Source: Candidatus Hermodarchaeota archaeon (GTDB taxonomy: Archaea > Asgardarchaeota > Lokiarchaeia > Sigyniarchaeales > SOKP01). From it: a DNA stretch of 24,000 nucleotides. The stretch's first letter is position 1; every line of letters begins with the position of its first letter. The stretch is from contig JBHLLI010000050.1 in the NCBI GenBank assembly GCA_048885765.1, positions 3,003 to 27,002 of the forward strand, read 5' to 3'. A program made the translations under genes and the position numbers. The notes beneath the pieces are model-generated. The model worked only from the letters and a program-made list of their open reading frames with translations. It did no database searches and had not been told where the DNA came from. Shown piece by piece: positions 6,261-15,234 of this stretch.

Positions 6261-9188
6261 ATGAGCTATACGTTTTCAAGAACAAAAATGATTGAAAAAA
6301 TTAAATTTGGGCTTCTAAGTCCTGATGAGATCCGCAAAATGTCAGCAGCTAGAATAATTACTGCTGATACATATGATGAGGATGGGTTACCTATACCCTC
6401 TGGATTAATGGATCAACGATTGGGTACTATAGAACCAGGCCAGCGTTGTCAAACATGTGGTAACCTTGTAAGTAATTGTATGGGCCATTTTGGTCATATT
6501 GAGCTCGCTAGACCTGTTATTCATGTAGGTTATGCAAAGAAGGTCTTAAAAGTATTACGAAGCATTTGTCCTGAATGTTCTCGTTTAATGCTTACGGAGG
6601 ATGAAAAAGAAAAGTTTAGGGAAGAACAAATTAAACATCGAAAAATCTTCTTTGAAGGAGATGAAGATGCAGCAAAAATTGTTTTTAAACGAGCAAGAAA
6701 GGCAAAAACTTGTCCCTACTGCGAAGCTAAAAAGAAGAAAATTATTATTGAAAAACCTACAACATTCTATGAAGAAGAAGAAGGAAAAGGTTCACGAAGA
6801 ATAACTCCTATAGAGATTTTAGAACGTTTAAAAAAGATGAGTGATGTTGATCTTAGAATTCTTGGTATTTCTCCGGAGAACGCTCGTCTTGAATGGGTTG
6901 TTTTTACAGTTTTACCAATACCTCCTGTGTGTGCTAGACCATCTATTACTTTAGATAGTGGTATTCGCTCTGAAGATGATTTAACACATAAATTAGTTGA
7001 TGTTATTAGGATTAATCAAAGATTAAGAGAAAATATTGACGCAGGAGCACCTCATTTAATAGTTGAAGACCTTTGGGAATTATTACAATACCATATTACT
7101 ACTTATTTTGATAATCAAGTATCTGGTATACCTCCAGCTAGACATCGATCTGGTAGAGCACTTAGAACTTTAACTCAGAGATTGAAAGGTAAGGAAGGTA
7201 GGTTTAGGAGTAATTTAAGTGGTAAAAGAGTTGATTTTTCGGCTCGTAGTGTAATTTCTCCAAATCCTTATATAAGCATTAATGAGGTAGGTGTTCCTAT
7301 AGAAATAGCCAAAATATTAACAATTCCCACTAATGTTAATGATTGGAATATTGAAGAAATGAAACAGATGGTATTAAATGGCCCATTTAAACATCCTGGA
7401 GCTAATTATATTATTCGGAATGATCGTAGAAGGATCGACCTAAGATATGTTAAAAATAGAAAAATTATTGCGGATATGCTCGCACCTGGGTTCACAATTG
7501 AGCGCCATTTAAATAATGGTGATTTGGTATTATTTAATCGTCAACCTTCTCTTCATAGGATGTCTATAATGGCTCACGAAGTAAAAATAATGAAAGGAAG
7601 AACTTTTCGCTTAAATTTAACAGTGTGTCCACCATATAATGCCGATTTTGATGGAGATGAAATGAACTTGCACGTACCGCAATCTGAAGAAGCTCGGACG
7701 GAAGCGGAATTACTTCTAAAAGTTCAAGAACATATATTATCTCCTAGATTTGGTGGTCCGATTTTAGGTGGTATTCAAGATTTTATATCAAGTGTTTTTC
7801 AATTTACAAGTAAAGACTCTCTTTATACTAAAAAGGATACATTGAAATTATTGTATAATGGAGATGTTTTCAAAAACAATCCTAATTTCAATTTGGACAA
7901 CCTAACTCCTGTTGTTGTTGATCCAGTACCTATGTATTCTGGTAAGGATATATTTAGTACCTTATTTCCAGATGATCTTAATATAAAAGTGAAATCTAAA
8001 TTTTGTAAAAAATGTGAAGTATGTGAAGAAGAAAATTGTTCATATGATGCGTATGTAGTAATTAAAAATGGACATTTAATAACGGGTACAATCGATGAAA
8101 ATTCTTTCGGTGCTATGCAATCAAATAGTATTTTACAAAGAATTATCAAAGATCATGGTAATGCAACAGGTAGAAGATTTTTAGACAGTGCAACAAAAAT
8201 GCTTTTATATGTTATTAGACAGAATGGAATGACTATGGGATTGGATGAGGTTTATGTTCATGGAGATGCATATGAAGCTATTCAAAAAATACTAGAGGAA
8301 GCAAATGAAGAATCTCAAAAGTTAATAAATGCCTTTTATGATAATGATACTAAAATCCTTAGAAGGGCACCTGGGCGTTCTATGAGAGAAACATTAGAAT
8401 TAAGAATCCGGCAAGTATTAGCAGAGGCTAGAAATAAAGGTAATGAAACTGCAGCGGAATTCATTGGAGATGAAGCTCATTCTGTTATTATGACTAAATC
8501 TGGTGCCCGAGGAAATATACTAAATTTAGGTCAGATGTCTGCGCTTGTAGGTCAACAAGCAATTAGAGGAGAGAGAATTAATAGAGGATATAGTATGAGA
8601 ACCCTTCCTCACTTTAAAATTAATGATCTCTCACCTAAATCAAGAGGATTTGTTTCTTCTTCATATAGAAATGGATTAAAACCAGTGGAGTTCTTCTTTC
8701 ACGCAATGGGTGGGCGAGAAGGATTAGTCGACACAGCAGTAAGAACTTCCACATCTGGATATATGCAACGTAGGTTGGTGAATGCTTTACAGGATATGGT
8801 GGTCGAAAATGATGGTACTGTGAGAAACTCTGATAAAAATGTTATTCAATTCTGCTTTGGAGATGATGGAATTGATGCAATGCATACTGATCATGGTGCT
8901 GCGGTAAATCTTGATGTCTTATTACTGAAAGCTAAAGCTCTAAATGTTGATGAAGTACGCGAAGAGATTAAAAAGGGGTCTTCATCAAAAAAACCTGAAC
9001 CTAAGAAAAAAATAGATACTGAGAAAGAACCAATAAAAGAAGTTTCTACTGTGCCAAAACCAACTGAGAAAGAAATGGATGAAGAATCATTAAAACAAAA
9101 ATTTGAGCAAGAAACAGGGAAAAAAGCAATTTGGCGTGGTAAAGAAACCAGCGCATATTTAGATTGGAAAGAAGAACAAAATAAATAA
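6261..9188 (+). CDS. rpoA1: DNA-directed RNA polymerase subunit A' (Rpo1N)
   Basis: N-terminal zinc motifs are present (CQTCGN...C-x-GHFGHIEL; CPECSRL). The catalytic motif is NADFDGDEMNLH. The ORF is collinear with archaeal A'/Rpb1 N-terminal two thirds. An AGAGGT Shine-Dalgarno-like motif lies 10 nt upstream of the ATG. Confidence 0.97.
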   Translation: MSYTFSRTKMIEKIKFGLLSPDEIRKMSAARIITADTYDEDGLPIPSGLMDQRLGTIEPGQRCQTCGNLVSNCMGHFGHIELARPVIHVGYAKKVLKVLRSICPECSRLMLTEDEKEKFREEQIKHRKIFFEGDEDAAKIVFKRARKAKTCPYCEAKKKKIIIEKPTTFYEEEEGKGSRRITPIEILERLKKMSDVDLRILGISPENARLEWVVFTVLPIPPVCARPSITLDSGIRSEDDLTHKLVDVIRINQRLRENIDAGAPHLIVEDLWELLQYHITTYFDNQVSGIPPARHRSGRALRTLTQRLKGKEGRFRSNLSGKRVDFSARSVISPNPYISINEVGVPIEIAKILTIPTNVNDWNIEEMKQMVLNGPFKHPGANYIIRNDRRRIDLRYVKNRKIIADMLAPGFTIERHLNNGDLVLFNRQPSLHRMSIMAHEVKIMKGRTFRLNLTVCPPYNADFDGDEMNLHVPQSEEARTEAELLLKVQEHILSPRFGGPILGGIQDFISSVFQFTSKDSLYTKKDTLKLLYNGDVFKNNPNFNLDNLTPVVVDPVPMYSGKDIFSTLFPDDLNIKVKSKFCKKCEVCEEENCSYDAYVVIKNGHLITGTIDENSFGAMQSNSILQRIIKDHGNATGRRFLDSATKMLLYVIRQNGMTMGLDEVYVHGDAYEAIQKILEEANEESQKLINAFYDNDTKILRRAPGRSMRETLELRIRQVLAEARNKGNETAAEFIGDEAHSVIMTKSGARGNILNLGQMSALVGQQAIRGERINRGYSMRTLPHFKINDLSPKSRGFVSSSYRNGLKPVEFFFHAMGGREGLVDTAVRTSTSGYMQRRLVNALQDMVVENDGTVRNSDKNVIQFCFGDDGIDAMHTDHGAAVNLDVLLLKAKALNVDEVREEIKKGSSSKKPEPKKKIDTEKEPIKEVSTVPKPTEKEMDEESLKQKFEQETGKKAIWRGKETSAYLDWKEEQNK

Positions 9189-9216
9189 TATATATATTTT
9201 GAAGGTAAAGATATAA

Positions 9217-10416
<1,200 letters not shown>

Positions 10417-10523
10417 AATCAACCGAAAACTTTTAATTTAGACGAAATAACTTAAATGTGCCTAAAAAAGTTAAAAAAGTATTGTTCTTATTACTTATTA
10501 TATAGAAACTGTTTGAATATATC

Positions 10524-10898
10524 ATGGCAAAGAGAAAAACTAAAACTTCCATTGAGAAAGTAGATCTTAGTAGGAAAAAAACGAAAGAATTCGATGTAGA
10601 CACTAATATTAAAGTCGCGTATAAAACGGGTAAAATAATTTTTGGTAAAACTCAAGTTCTTAGGAGTTTACATAGAGAAAATCCCTATAAAATGCTAATT
10701 GTTAGTAATAACTGTCCAACAGATTTAATCGATGAGTTAAATAATTACAATTATCTTCTAAAAGACAAGCTTTTTATTTATAAATATAAAGGTTCAAGCT
10801 GGGACTTAGGATTAGCTTGCGCTAAGCCTTATATGATATCTATTATTGGTGTAATTGATTTTGGAGATTCAGACTTAATTTCCTTAAAAACTAAATGA
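10524..10898 (+). CDS. rpl30e: Ribosomal protein L30e (eL30)
   Basis: TGKIIFGKTQVLRSL...MLIVSNNCP...LGLACAKPY matches L30e. Its position between rpoA2 and nusA is canonical. It carries a ~20-aa basic N-terminal extension and ends with a TGA stop at 10896-10898. Confidence 0.9.
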   Translation: MAKRKTKTSIEKVDLSRKKTKEFDVDTNIKVAYKTGKIIFGKTQVLRSLHRENPYKMLIVSNNCPTDLIDELNNYNYLLKDKLFIYKYKGSSWDLGLACAKPYMISIIGVIDFGDSDLISLKTK

Positions 10899-10929
10899 TA
10901 TTAACAAACAGTAGAGATTTGGTTTTTTC

Positions 10930-11406
10930 ATGTTAAAAAAAAATATAAAAATTGATCGGGAAGCAATGGAACTTATTTCCCTATTTAATAATATCTCTGG
11001 TGCCATTATTAAAGATTGTCTTATCTTTAAATCACCTGAAAATGGCACTGAAATTATTATTTTTTTAGTAAAAGAAGAAGATGTTGGAAAAGCAATTGGA
11101 AAATCTGGTGAACACGTCAAAGACTTAAAATCTAAACTCCAAAAAAAGATTGATGTAATTGCTTTCTCAGAGAACTTAAATAAATTTATCCAAAATATCT
11201 TGCAAACCACTAAAAATACAATAATGGTTCAAAATATTGAAATCAAGGAAAATAGAAACTTAAAGAAAACTGTCGTTATAACTGTACGACCTCAAGATCG
11301 TGGTAAAGCAATTGGTAAAGATGGCTCTATGATAAGAAAAATAAAAGAACTCGTTTTAAGATATTTTGAAGTTGATAATGTAATTATTAATACCAAAAAT
11401 ATCTAA
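10930..11406 (+). CDS. nusA: Archaeal NusA-like transcription termination/antitermination protein (two KH domains)
   Basis: There are two GKAIGK-x-G KH motifs (VGKAIGKSGEHV, RGKAIGKDGSMI). Position between L30e and S12 is conserved. Confidence 0.85.
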   Translation: MLKKNIKIDREAMELISLFNNISGAIIKDCLIFKSPENGTEIIIFLVKEEDVGKAIGKSGEHVKDLKSKLQKKIDVIAFSENLNKFIQNILQTTKNTIMVQNIEIKENRNLKKTVVITVRPQDRGKAIGKDGSMIRKIKELVLRYFEVDNVIINTKNI

Positions 11407-11455
11407 AAATAACACTAACTATACATAAATTTTAAGTTTAAGGAAACATTTTTTC

Positions 11456-11471
11456 TACTACTTAAGTAGTA
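11456..11471. promoter_or_regulatory. Perfect 16-nt palindrome TACTACTTAAGTAGTA between nusA and rps12
   Basis: Read directly from the sequence: 8+8 nt with no spacer, 18 nt upstream of the S12 GTG start. In RNA it could form a 6-bp stem with a UUAA loop. Confidence 0.3.
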
Positions 11472-11488
11472 TCAAATAATTAATTAAG

Positions 11489-11932
11489 GTGTTTTATATA
11501 GGTAGCCCAAAAGGACTTTATGCTGCTCGAAAACTTCAGGCAAATCGAAAGAAATATCGATGGTCCAAAACAAAATACAAAAGAAGAAAACTTCAATTGA
11601 AAAAAAGAGTAGATCCATTAGAAGGATCATGTCAAGCGCTAGGTATTGTTCTTCAAAAAGTTGGACGTGAGAGCAAACAACCAAACTCAGCAATAAGAAA
11701 ATGTGTAAGAGTGCAATTGAAAAAGAATGGAAAAGGTGTAACAGCATTCCTTCCAGGAGATGGAGCACTTAATTTCATAGAAGAGCATGATAGAGTGATT
11801 GTGGAAGGAATTGGAGGGGCAAAAGGACGATCTATTGGAGATCTCCCAGGTGTTCGTTATAAAGTAGTAAAAGTTAATGGTGTAAGCCTGGATGCTCTTT
11901 TAGCAGGGAAGAAAGAGAAACCACTTCGTTAA
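11489..11932 (+). CDS. rps12: Ribosomal protein S12 (uS12)
   Basis: GLYAARKL...[15 protein letters not shown]-x-NG...FIPGDG-like...[13 protein letters not shown] is the canonical archaeal/eukaryotic S12/S23 pattern. It has a GTG start preceded by AAGGTG. Confidence 0.95.
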   Translation: MFYIGSPKGLYAARKLQANRKKYRWSKTKYKRRKLQLKKRVDPLEGSCQALGIVLQKVGRESKQPNSAIRKCVRVQLKKNGKGVTAFLPGDGALNFIEEHDRVIVEGIGGAKGRSIGDLPGVRYKVVKVNGVSLDALLAGKKEKPLR

Positions 11933-11946
11933 AGAGGTATTTAGCT

Positions 11947-12564
11947 ATGAGCAAAGCAAAGCAAGAAATAAAACTATTTAATAAATGGTCTTTTGCAGAC
12001 ATTAATGTTGATGATATAACCCTTGAAAAGTATATTAATTTGAGACCTATTATTGTACCTCATTCAGCTGGGAAGCATGAACATAAAAGATTCTGGAAAT
12101 CTTCTAAAGTCTCAATAATTGAAAGATTTAATAATAGATTACTCTCACCTGGGTTTATTAGCGGAAAAATTAGAGGGCATAAAAGTTCTTATAATTCTGG
12201 TAAAAAAATAAAGTTATTAAGAAGTCTCGAAAATGCATTCACTTTAATAGAATTACTAACTGGACAAAATCCTATACAAGTCTTAGTAGATGCAATTATT
12301 AATACAGCACCCAGAGAAGAAACCACGAAGATAGCTATGGGCGGTATTTCCTATGCGTCAGCAGTCGATATCGCACCTCAGCGTCGAATTGATTTAGCTA
12401 TCAAGTATCTCGTTCAAGCAATAGGAGCTAGATCCCATGCTAATGTTAAGCAATTTGAAGAAAATTTAGCCCAAGAATTAATATTAGCCGCAAATAATAG
12501 CCAAGAATCTAGAGCTGTAAAAAGGAAAGATGAGATAGAACGAATTGCTGTTTCTGCTAGATAA
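11947..12564 (+). CDS. rps7: Ribosomal protein S7 (uS7)
   Basis: LFNKWSF...V-x-D...L-x-YI, ...TGQNPIQVLVDAIINTAPREE...RRIDLAIKYL and the C-terminal AAN...S-x-A-x-KRKDE-x-ERIA are typical of archaeal S7/eukaryotic S5. AGAGGT lies upstream of the ATG. Confidence 0.95.
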   Translation: MSKAKQEIKLFNKWSFADINVDDITLEKYINLRPIIVPHSAGKHEHKRFWKSSKVSIIERFNNRLLSPGFISGKIRGHKSSYNSGKKIKLLRSLENAFTLIELLTGQNPIQVLVDAIINTAPREETTKIAMGGISYASAVDIAPQRRIDLAIKYLVQAIGARSHANVKQFEENLAQELILAANNSQESRAVKRKDEIERIAVSAR

Positions 12565-12570
12565 TTTTTT
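12565..12570 (+). terminator. T6 tract immediately after the rps7 stop (candidate end of the rpoA-rps7 transcription unit)
   Basis: TAA at 12562-12564 is followed by TTTTTT. The next gene is on the opposite strand. Confidence 0.3.
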
Positions 12571-12627
12571 ATATTACTCCTTTCTTATTTGAAACTTTTA
12601 TAAGAAAAAATAAAAAAAGTACAATTT

Positions 12628-13302
12628 TTAAACATGGGCAGCACCACAATAACCGCAATATTTAGCTTCAGGATTTGCAATACTTCCACATTCTCGACAG
12701 AAATTTGCTTGACTATCTACTTTAGGTTTAGGAGGAGGTCGATAAACATGCTCAACTTTAATCTCACTTAAATCTGTTCCACACTTATAACAAAACTTTG
12801 GGTTTCCTTTAACTTTCATACCACAGGTTGGGCAAGCTATAAGGACCCTTGCCCCACATTCTTGACAGAAATCCCATTTCTTTTCAAATCTTTTTCCACA
12901 TTTGTGACAGAATCTAACTTCCCCTGAAATGTATTCTAAAATGGTGATAATAAGAGCTAACACAAATAAAGTTCCAATTGGAATTGCTGGAATCCAATAT
13001 TCTTCAGGAGTGAAAACTTCTCCTAATATAAGAGCAGCCAATACAACAGTAGTTATTAAGAATATGGTCCATACCCCAATTACTCCGATTTTAATCCTTT
13101 GTTCCGACCTAAAATCTACAATTGTAGCCATAACTGATAAAATCAATAATACTCCAATAGGAATGATGGGAATCCAATAATCATAAGGCATAAAGACTTC
13201 ACCAAAAACGAGAGCGATCATTACTACAGTAACAATAGCAAATATTGCCCACAACCCTATTGTTCCTACTTTAACTTTTCTATTAGGATCATTTAACTTC
13301 AT
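12628..13302 (-). CDS. Membrane protein: duplicated 2-TM module followed by three cytoplasmic zinc ribbons (DZR-like)
   Basis: 224 aa. Residues ~9-66 and ~69-125 are clear tandem repeats. The C-terminal half contains CHKCG...CQECG, CPTCG...CYKCG and CRECG...CGYCG. Confidence 0.65.
   Translation of the reverse strand: MKLNDPNRKVKVGTIGLWAIFAIVTVVMIALVFGEVFMPYDYWIPIIPIGVLLILSVMATIVDFRSEQRIKIGVIGVWTIFLITTVVLAALILGEVFTPEEYWIPAIPIGTLFVLALIITILEYISGEVRFCHKCGKRFEKKWDFCQECGARVLIACPTCGMKVKGNPKFCYKCGTDLSEIKVEHVYRPPPKPKVDSQANFCRECGSIANPEAKYCGYCGAAHV
12928..13278 (-). repeat. Intragenic tandem duplication encoding two copies of a 2-TM hairpin module
   Basis: KVKVGTIGLWAIFAIVTVVMIALVFGEVFMPYDYWIPIIPIGVLLILSVMATIVDF aligns with RIKIGVIGVWTIFLITTVVLAALILGEVFTPEEYWIPAIPIGTLFVLALIITILEY. 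Similarity is also visible at the DNA level. Confidence 0.6.
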
Positions 13303-13415
13303 AAAAATACACTTTTAAAATTCATTTAATATCTAACAATTTGGTGAATTACTATTAAAGATATTTGTAGTCCAATTTTTGTTAGTCAAAAAAATAAAAA
13401 AAAATTATAATAAAT

Positions 13416-14918
13416 TTAAATTTTAATTTTGTAATCCAAGATGGTAACAACTACTGCTCCAATCAAGACTCCACCCATAGCAATCCAAGAGATCCAATAT
13501 AAGTTGGCAGGTAAAAGTGATATTTCTAAAACCATCATTGTAAATGCTACTACTAAAAATAACGTCCAAAAACCTAATGCTTTTGTTTTTAGCGGTCTTC
13601 TCAGTATGATATAAGTGATTAAAGCAACAACAGCATATGTGATGATGGTTATTAAAGGAATCGGGACTGGTATACTAGGCGTCTGTGCCCAGAAAGACCA
13701 AAAAAACAATGTAGAAAAGACTATGAAAAAGTTGAAATAATACAGTACACGCCTTAGTATATTCTTATTTTGATCTATCTTATACCAAAGAATTCCAAAT
13801 GAAACGAATATAATCCCTAGAACTATTAGATTTAACGCATACTCGAATAATAAAAATGCCTCAAATAGGTCTATAGGAATGGTAATTAATGTATCTATGA
13901 TATAATGAGTACCCCAAAAAGCGGTAATCATTCCATATCCTAATATCTGAGTCAGTAAAATATGATATGTCGATCTGCTAATCAATGAAATTCCTCGTGC
14001 TATTCGTTTATTAGATTTTTGAGGTAAGAATTTCATTGCGAGTAAAAATAGAAATGCTGAATATGGAATCATTAGTAAGTGATAATCTCCCCTAAGCAAT
14101 GAAACCCCATCAATTCTTATTCTGAAGGCAAAAAATTGGTGTGCTATTATGAATCCCAAACTGATTGGATACAAAAGCCACATGAAGAAATTCCTATCTT
14201 CACTGAGTTTATATCCGAAAGAGAACCATATTCCTAATCCAATAGCAGGTAAGTAAAATAGGGCAGAATTCATAAAAAAACTTAATAGATGGACTTCTTC
14301 CCATGTTGTAATTTCTCCAATCACGAAGAACACAGTTAATTGTAATACTATTTCGATTACAAAACATAATACAAGTCCTACAATTCGGTTTTGTTTGAAT
14401 AACCAATAAATCAATGGTATAACTAAAATAGATTGGATAAGTACTGGAATAAACCAATTCCCTGGACCCCAAAATAGCAAGTAACCGGTAAATAATTGTA
14501 GAAAACCATGGTCTGGATAAAACTGTCCCCACCACATCGCAGTTAAATCAAATCCATACATAAACAATCCTATAAATGTTGAAGCAATATACAACACCAA
14601 AAATGGTAGAATATACCGAAAAATTTTTTTTTTAAAATACTTCCAGCTGTATAGTTCTCTTAATGTTTGTAAACCATCTTTTTGAAAGGAACTTCCCAAA
14701 TTAAAACCCATTATAACTAAAAATACAGGAATTGAGATACGCTCCCATAAAGAAACCGCAACATAAGACTTAATATTCCAAGAAACAACGTGGTCAAAAA
14801 TAACTAGAAATATCATTGCTGCTTTTAAAATATCAATTTGGAAGTAGTTTTCACTCCTTTTTTGTGTGACCTCTTTGTCTTCTAAAGCTAATTCTGTGAT
14901 CTGACTTTTTTTTGACAT
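13416..14918 (-). CDS. Acyltransferase-3 (OafA/NolL-like) family integral membrane protein with a C-terminal 2-TM extension
   Basis: The N-terminal signature YFQIDILKAAMIFLVIFDHV resembles the acyltransferase_3 start (R-x-x-x-D-x-LR-x-x-A-x-x-x-Vv-x-x-H). More than 10 hydrophobic helices follow. The last ~57 aa resemble the repeat module of the downstream gene. Confidence 0.65.
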   Translation of the reverse strand: MSKKSQITELALEDKEVTQKRSENYFQIDILKAAMIFLVIFDHVVSWNIKSYVAVSLWERISIPVFLVIMGFNLGSSFQKDGLQTLRELYSWKYFKKKIFRYILPFLVLYIASTFIGLFMYGFDLTAMWWGQFYPDHGFLQLFTGYLLFWGPGNWFIPVLIQSILVIPLIYWLFKQNRIVGLVLCFVIEIVLQLTVFFVIGEITTWEEVHLLSFFMNSALFYLPAIGLGIWFSFGYKLSEDRNFFMWLLYPISLGFIIAHQFFAFRIRIDGVSLLRGDYHLLMIPYSAFLFLLAMKFLPQKSNKRIARGISLISRSTYHILLTQILGYGMITAFWGTHYIIDTLITIPIDLFEAFLLFEYALNLIVLGIIFVSFGILWYKIDQNKNILRRVLYYFNFFIVFSTLFFWSFWAQTPSIPVPIPLITIITYAVVALITYIILRRPLKTKALGFWTLFLVVAFTMMVLEISLLPANLYWISWIAMGGVLIGAVVVTILDYKIKI

Positions 14919-15234
14919 TATTTGTTTTCACTTCTTTTATACAAATTTATAAAATAATTTTTATAAATAGGTGAATAACTCAATGAAATATAACAAAGAA
15001 GGAGTCCAATTTTTAAATGCCAAATAATAAATCTAAACAAATTATGAAAAATAACTTTCTTATAAATGAATATAATCGAGCCATTGCTTCTTTCTTTTAT
15101 TTAGAAGTTTAATATCACCTGCGTATTATCCTTGTTCCCCAATCTTAAAGAAAAATTCTAAATTTTTATATATTTAAAAGATATAATATTTACTCAAACA
15201 GAATTAACAAATTAGAACAGGGTTATTATATAAA

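Noticed and set aside
6601-6804. Lys-rich 67-aa + strand ORF in an alternative frame inside rpoA1
   Set aside because: It lies entirely within the well-supported rpoA1 frame. Its low-complexity K/E composition is typical of off-frame translation of AT-rich coding DNA.
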